The notes under the pieces: generated by a model
Told to the model about the DNA's origin: nothing
Database searches by the model: none
Seen by the model: only the letters and a program-made list of their open reading frames with translations
Position numbers and translations under genes: made by a program
Shown here: one piece after another, positions 34,901-38,334 of the stretch
How positions within the stretch are numbered: the stretch's first letter is position 1
Layout: each line of letters opens with the position of its first letter
From: Pelomyxa schiedti
Taxonomy: Eukaryota > Protista > Evosea
Length of the DNA: 38,334 nucleotides
Reading direction: 5' to 3'
Assembly (NCBI GenBank): GCA_020536535.1
Contig: JAHLWZ010000370.1
Coordinates: 1 to 38,334 of the forward strand

Positions 34901-35390
34901 TTGTACTTGTAGTCGCAGTTGAAGTTACAGATGTAGTTGCTGTAGAGGCAGAGGCAGAGGCAGAGGCAGAGGTAGAGATAGAGATCGAGGCACCCGCACC
35001 AGTTGATACTGCCACGCCATCTTCTCGAGATAGCACAGGGAAGCAATTAGCCACAGACTCGGCACTTTCCTTTGCAAGGGCCACAGCCACGGGGTCCACA
35101 ACTTCGTACTTTACTACCCTCAGGCCCGTTAACGTGCGAGGGCGTCGTTTTCCAGGCACCTGTTTGGCGGGAGTGTCCCGCGGCGGGGAGCCAACGGGAC
35201 TATGGGATTCCTTGCCTGTGTCCTTCTTGCTCTTGGGTGACGAGTGGCGAGCCGAGGGTGGCGGTCCTGGAGGAGGTGACCCACGAGGCACCGCCCGTGA
35301 TTTTTTCGGCACCGGGCTGGATGGCGAGGAACTGGGAGGTGCTGCGTCTCCGGCCTCTCTTGGCCGCTTCGGAGGGCACAGACGAGACAT
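31915..35390 (-). CDS. Crinkler/RHS (CR)-type P-loop NTPase + PD-(D/E)xK restriction-endonuclease-fold protein
   Basis: After splicing: Walker A FVCGAPGSGKS, VTWNGNT, LRLLFS, Walker B ILVCIDE, TDSGR, DTGGH. C-terminal NPGFETVF...VCLETKFS...EKW...IVDRVNLVNYLGPT. Confidence 0.7.
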
Positions 35391-35460
35391 GAACAACCAC
35401 TAACTCAGATCATTCTCTTCAGTTGAAAAAGCCAAAACTCGCGACGTTAAAAAAAAAAAA

Positions 35461-37587
<2,127 letters not shown>

Positions 37588-38334
37588 TGTCAAGAGAAAC
37601 ACCATACTCACCAATAACAAAACAACCCCTTTGTAAAAAAAAAAAAAGGAGAAAGAATAAAAAACGTTGAACTTGTGAGGTATTTGCACTTTGTGTGGAA
37701 GTGTGGAAACTACATTAGTCCTGTGAACTTCCTAAGGCAGGTTTGGTTCCCTTCAGTGGTCCTGGTTCTTTCAACCATCCTTGCTTGGCACTGGTACTTG
37801 CATGGAGACTCAATTGTTTCTTGTGAGTCACTACAAGTCAAGGTAAGACTGATTGATATTTCTGATCTTGCTTATTGAGCAAGTGTGAAGTGACATTTTT
37901 CAACTTGAGGGGAATTGGTGGTGACAATGGAAATCCTTCCTTTTGAACTAGGAAGGAAGTTCCCTTCTCACAACTACTATCCCCTCACTACTTTGAACAA
38001 ATCTCACTTCACAATAATAAGCAGGATCTAAATACTCCCATTACTGTTTTTCTGGTGTTGTTATGATCAAGATCTTGAGCTACCAATAGTGATTTGGCAT
38101 AAATGCCCTGGTGACACAAGCATTCGTCATCTCTTTTGGATTTACTGCTCATAAAAAAAACTAAGAATGAAATATTTAAAAAAGGAAACGAAAGGGTACT
38201 TCACCCTTTCTGGATTCTTTTATTATTTGGCTGTTGTGGTGGTGCAACAAACAAGTGTGGTTGATTGTAAATGCAACAAAGAAAGAGCCCAGCAGAGCAA
38301 AGGCAAGAGGTTCGGCAGGCAGTGAGTGACTTTG

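Noticed and set aside
37675-38334. Possible 3' end of a minus-strand gene, or short + ORF 37675-37878
   Set aside because: No recognisable motif and no unique splice path, so I cannot support a call.

Overview
Gene-dense eukaryotic (protist) genomic DNA read in the standard code. Genes are split by many short spliceosomal introns (mostly about 38-65 nt, nearly all GT-AG), so the ORF track fragments almost every gene; I rebuilt the gene models by splicing by hand. Gene content and intron style suggest an amoebozoan (inference only). About 17 protein-coding genes in order: actinoporin-like domain protein (5' end lost in a scaffold gap); C2H2 finger + TM protein; a Ras/Rho-like GTPase + F-box + Vint-type Hint fusion; NHL-repeat protein; B-box + DUF2009; CH-LIM-Pro-rich-NPF-PH-PH scaffold; a small hypothetical gene; triple-WW protein; metallophosphoesterase; discoidin (F5/8C) protein; Sec1/Munc18; Cdc15/SepA-like kinase; C1 + TKL kinase; WD40-like protein; Crinkler/RHS-type NTPase + PD-(D/E)xK nuclease; NDR kinase. 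Bases 1-776 are a near-identical copy of 14669-15444 next to a 100-N gap. The most notable items, visible only after splicing, are the GTPase-F-box-Hint fusion (a candidate self-cleaving SCF adaptor), the actinoporin-like protein and 6-7 nt microexons in kinase catalytic motifs. All domain calls are by eye; no searches were run.
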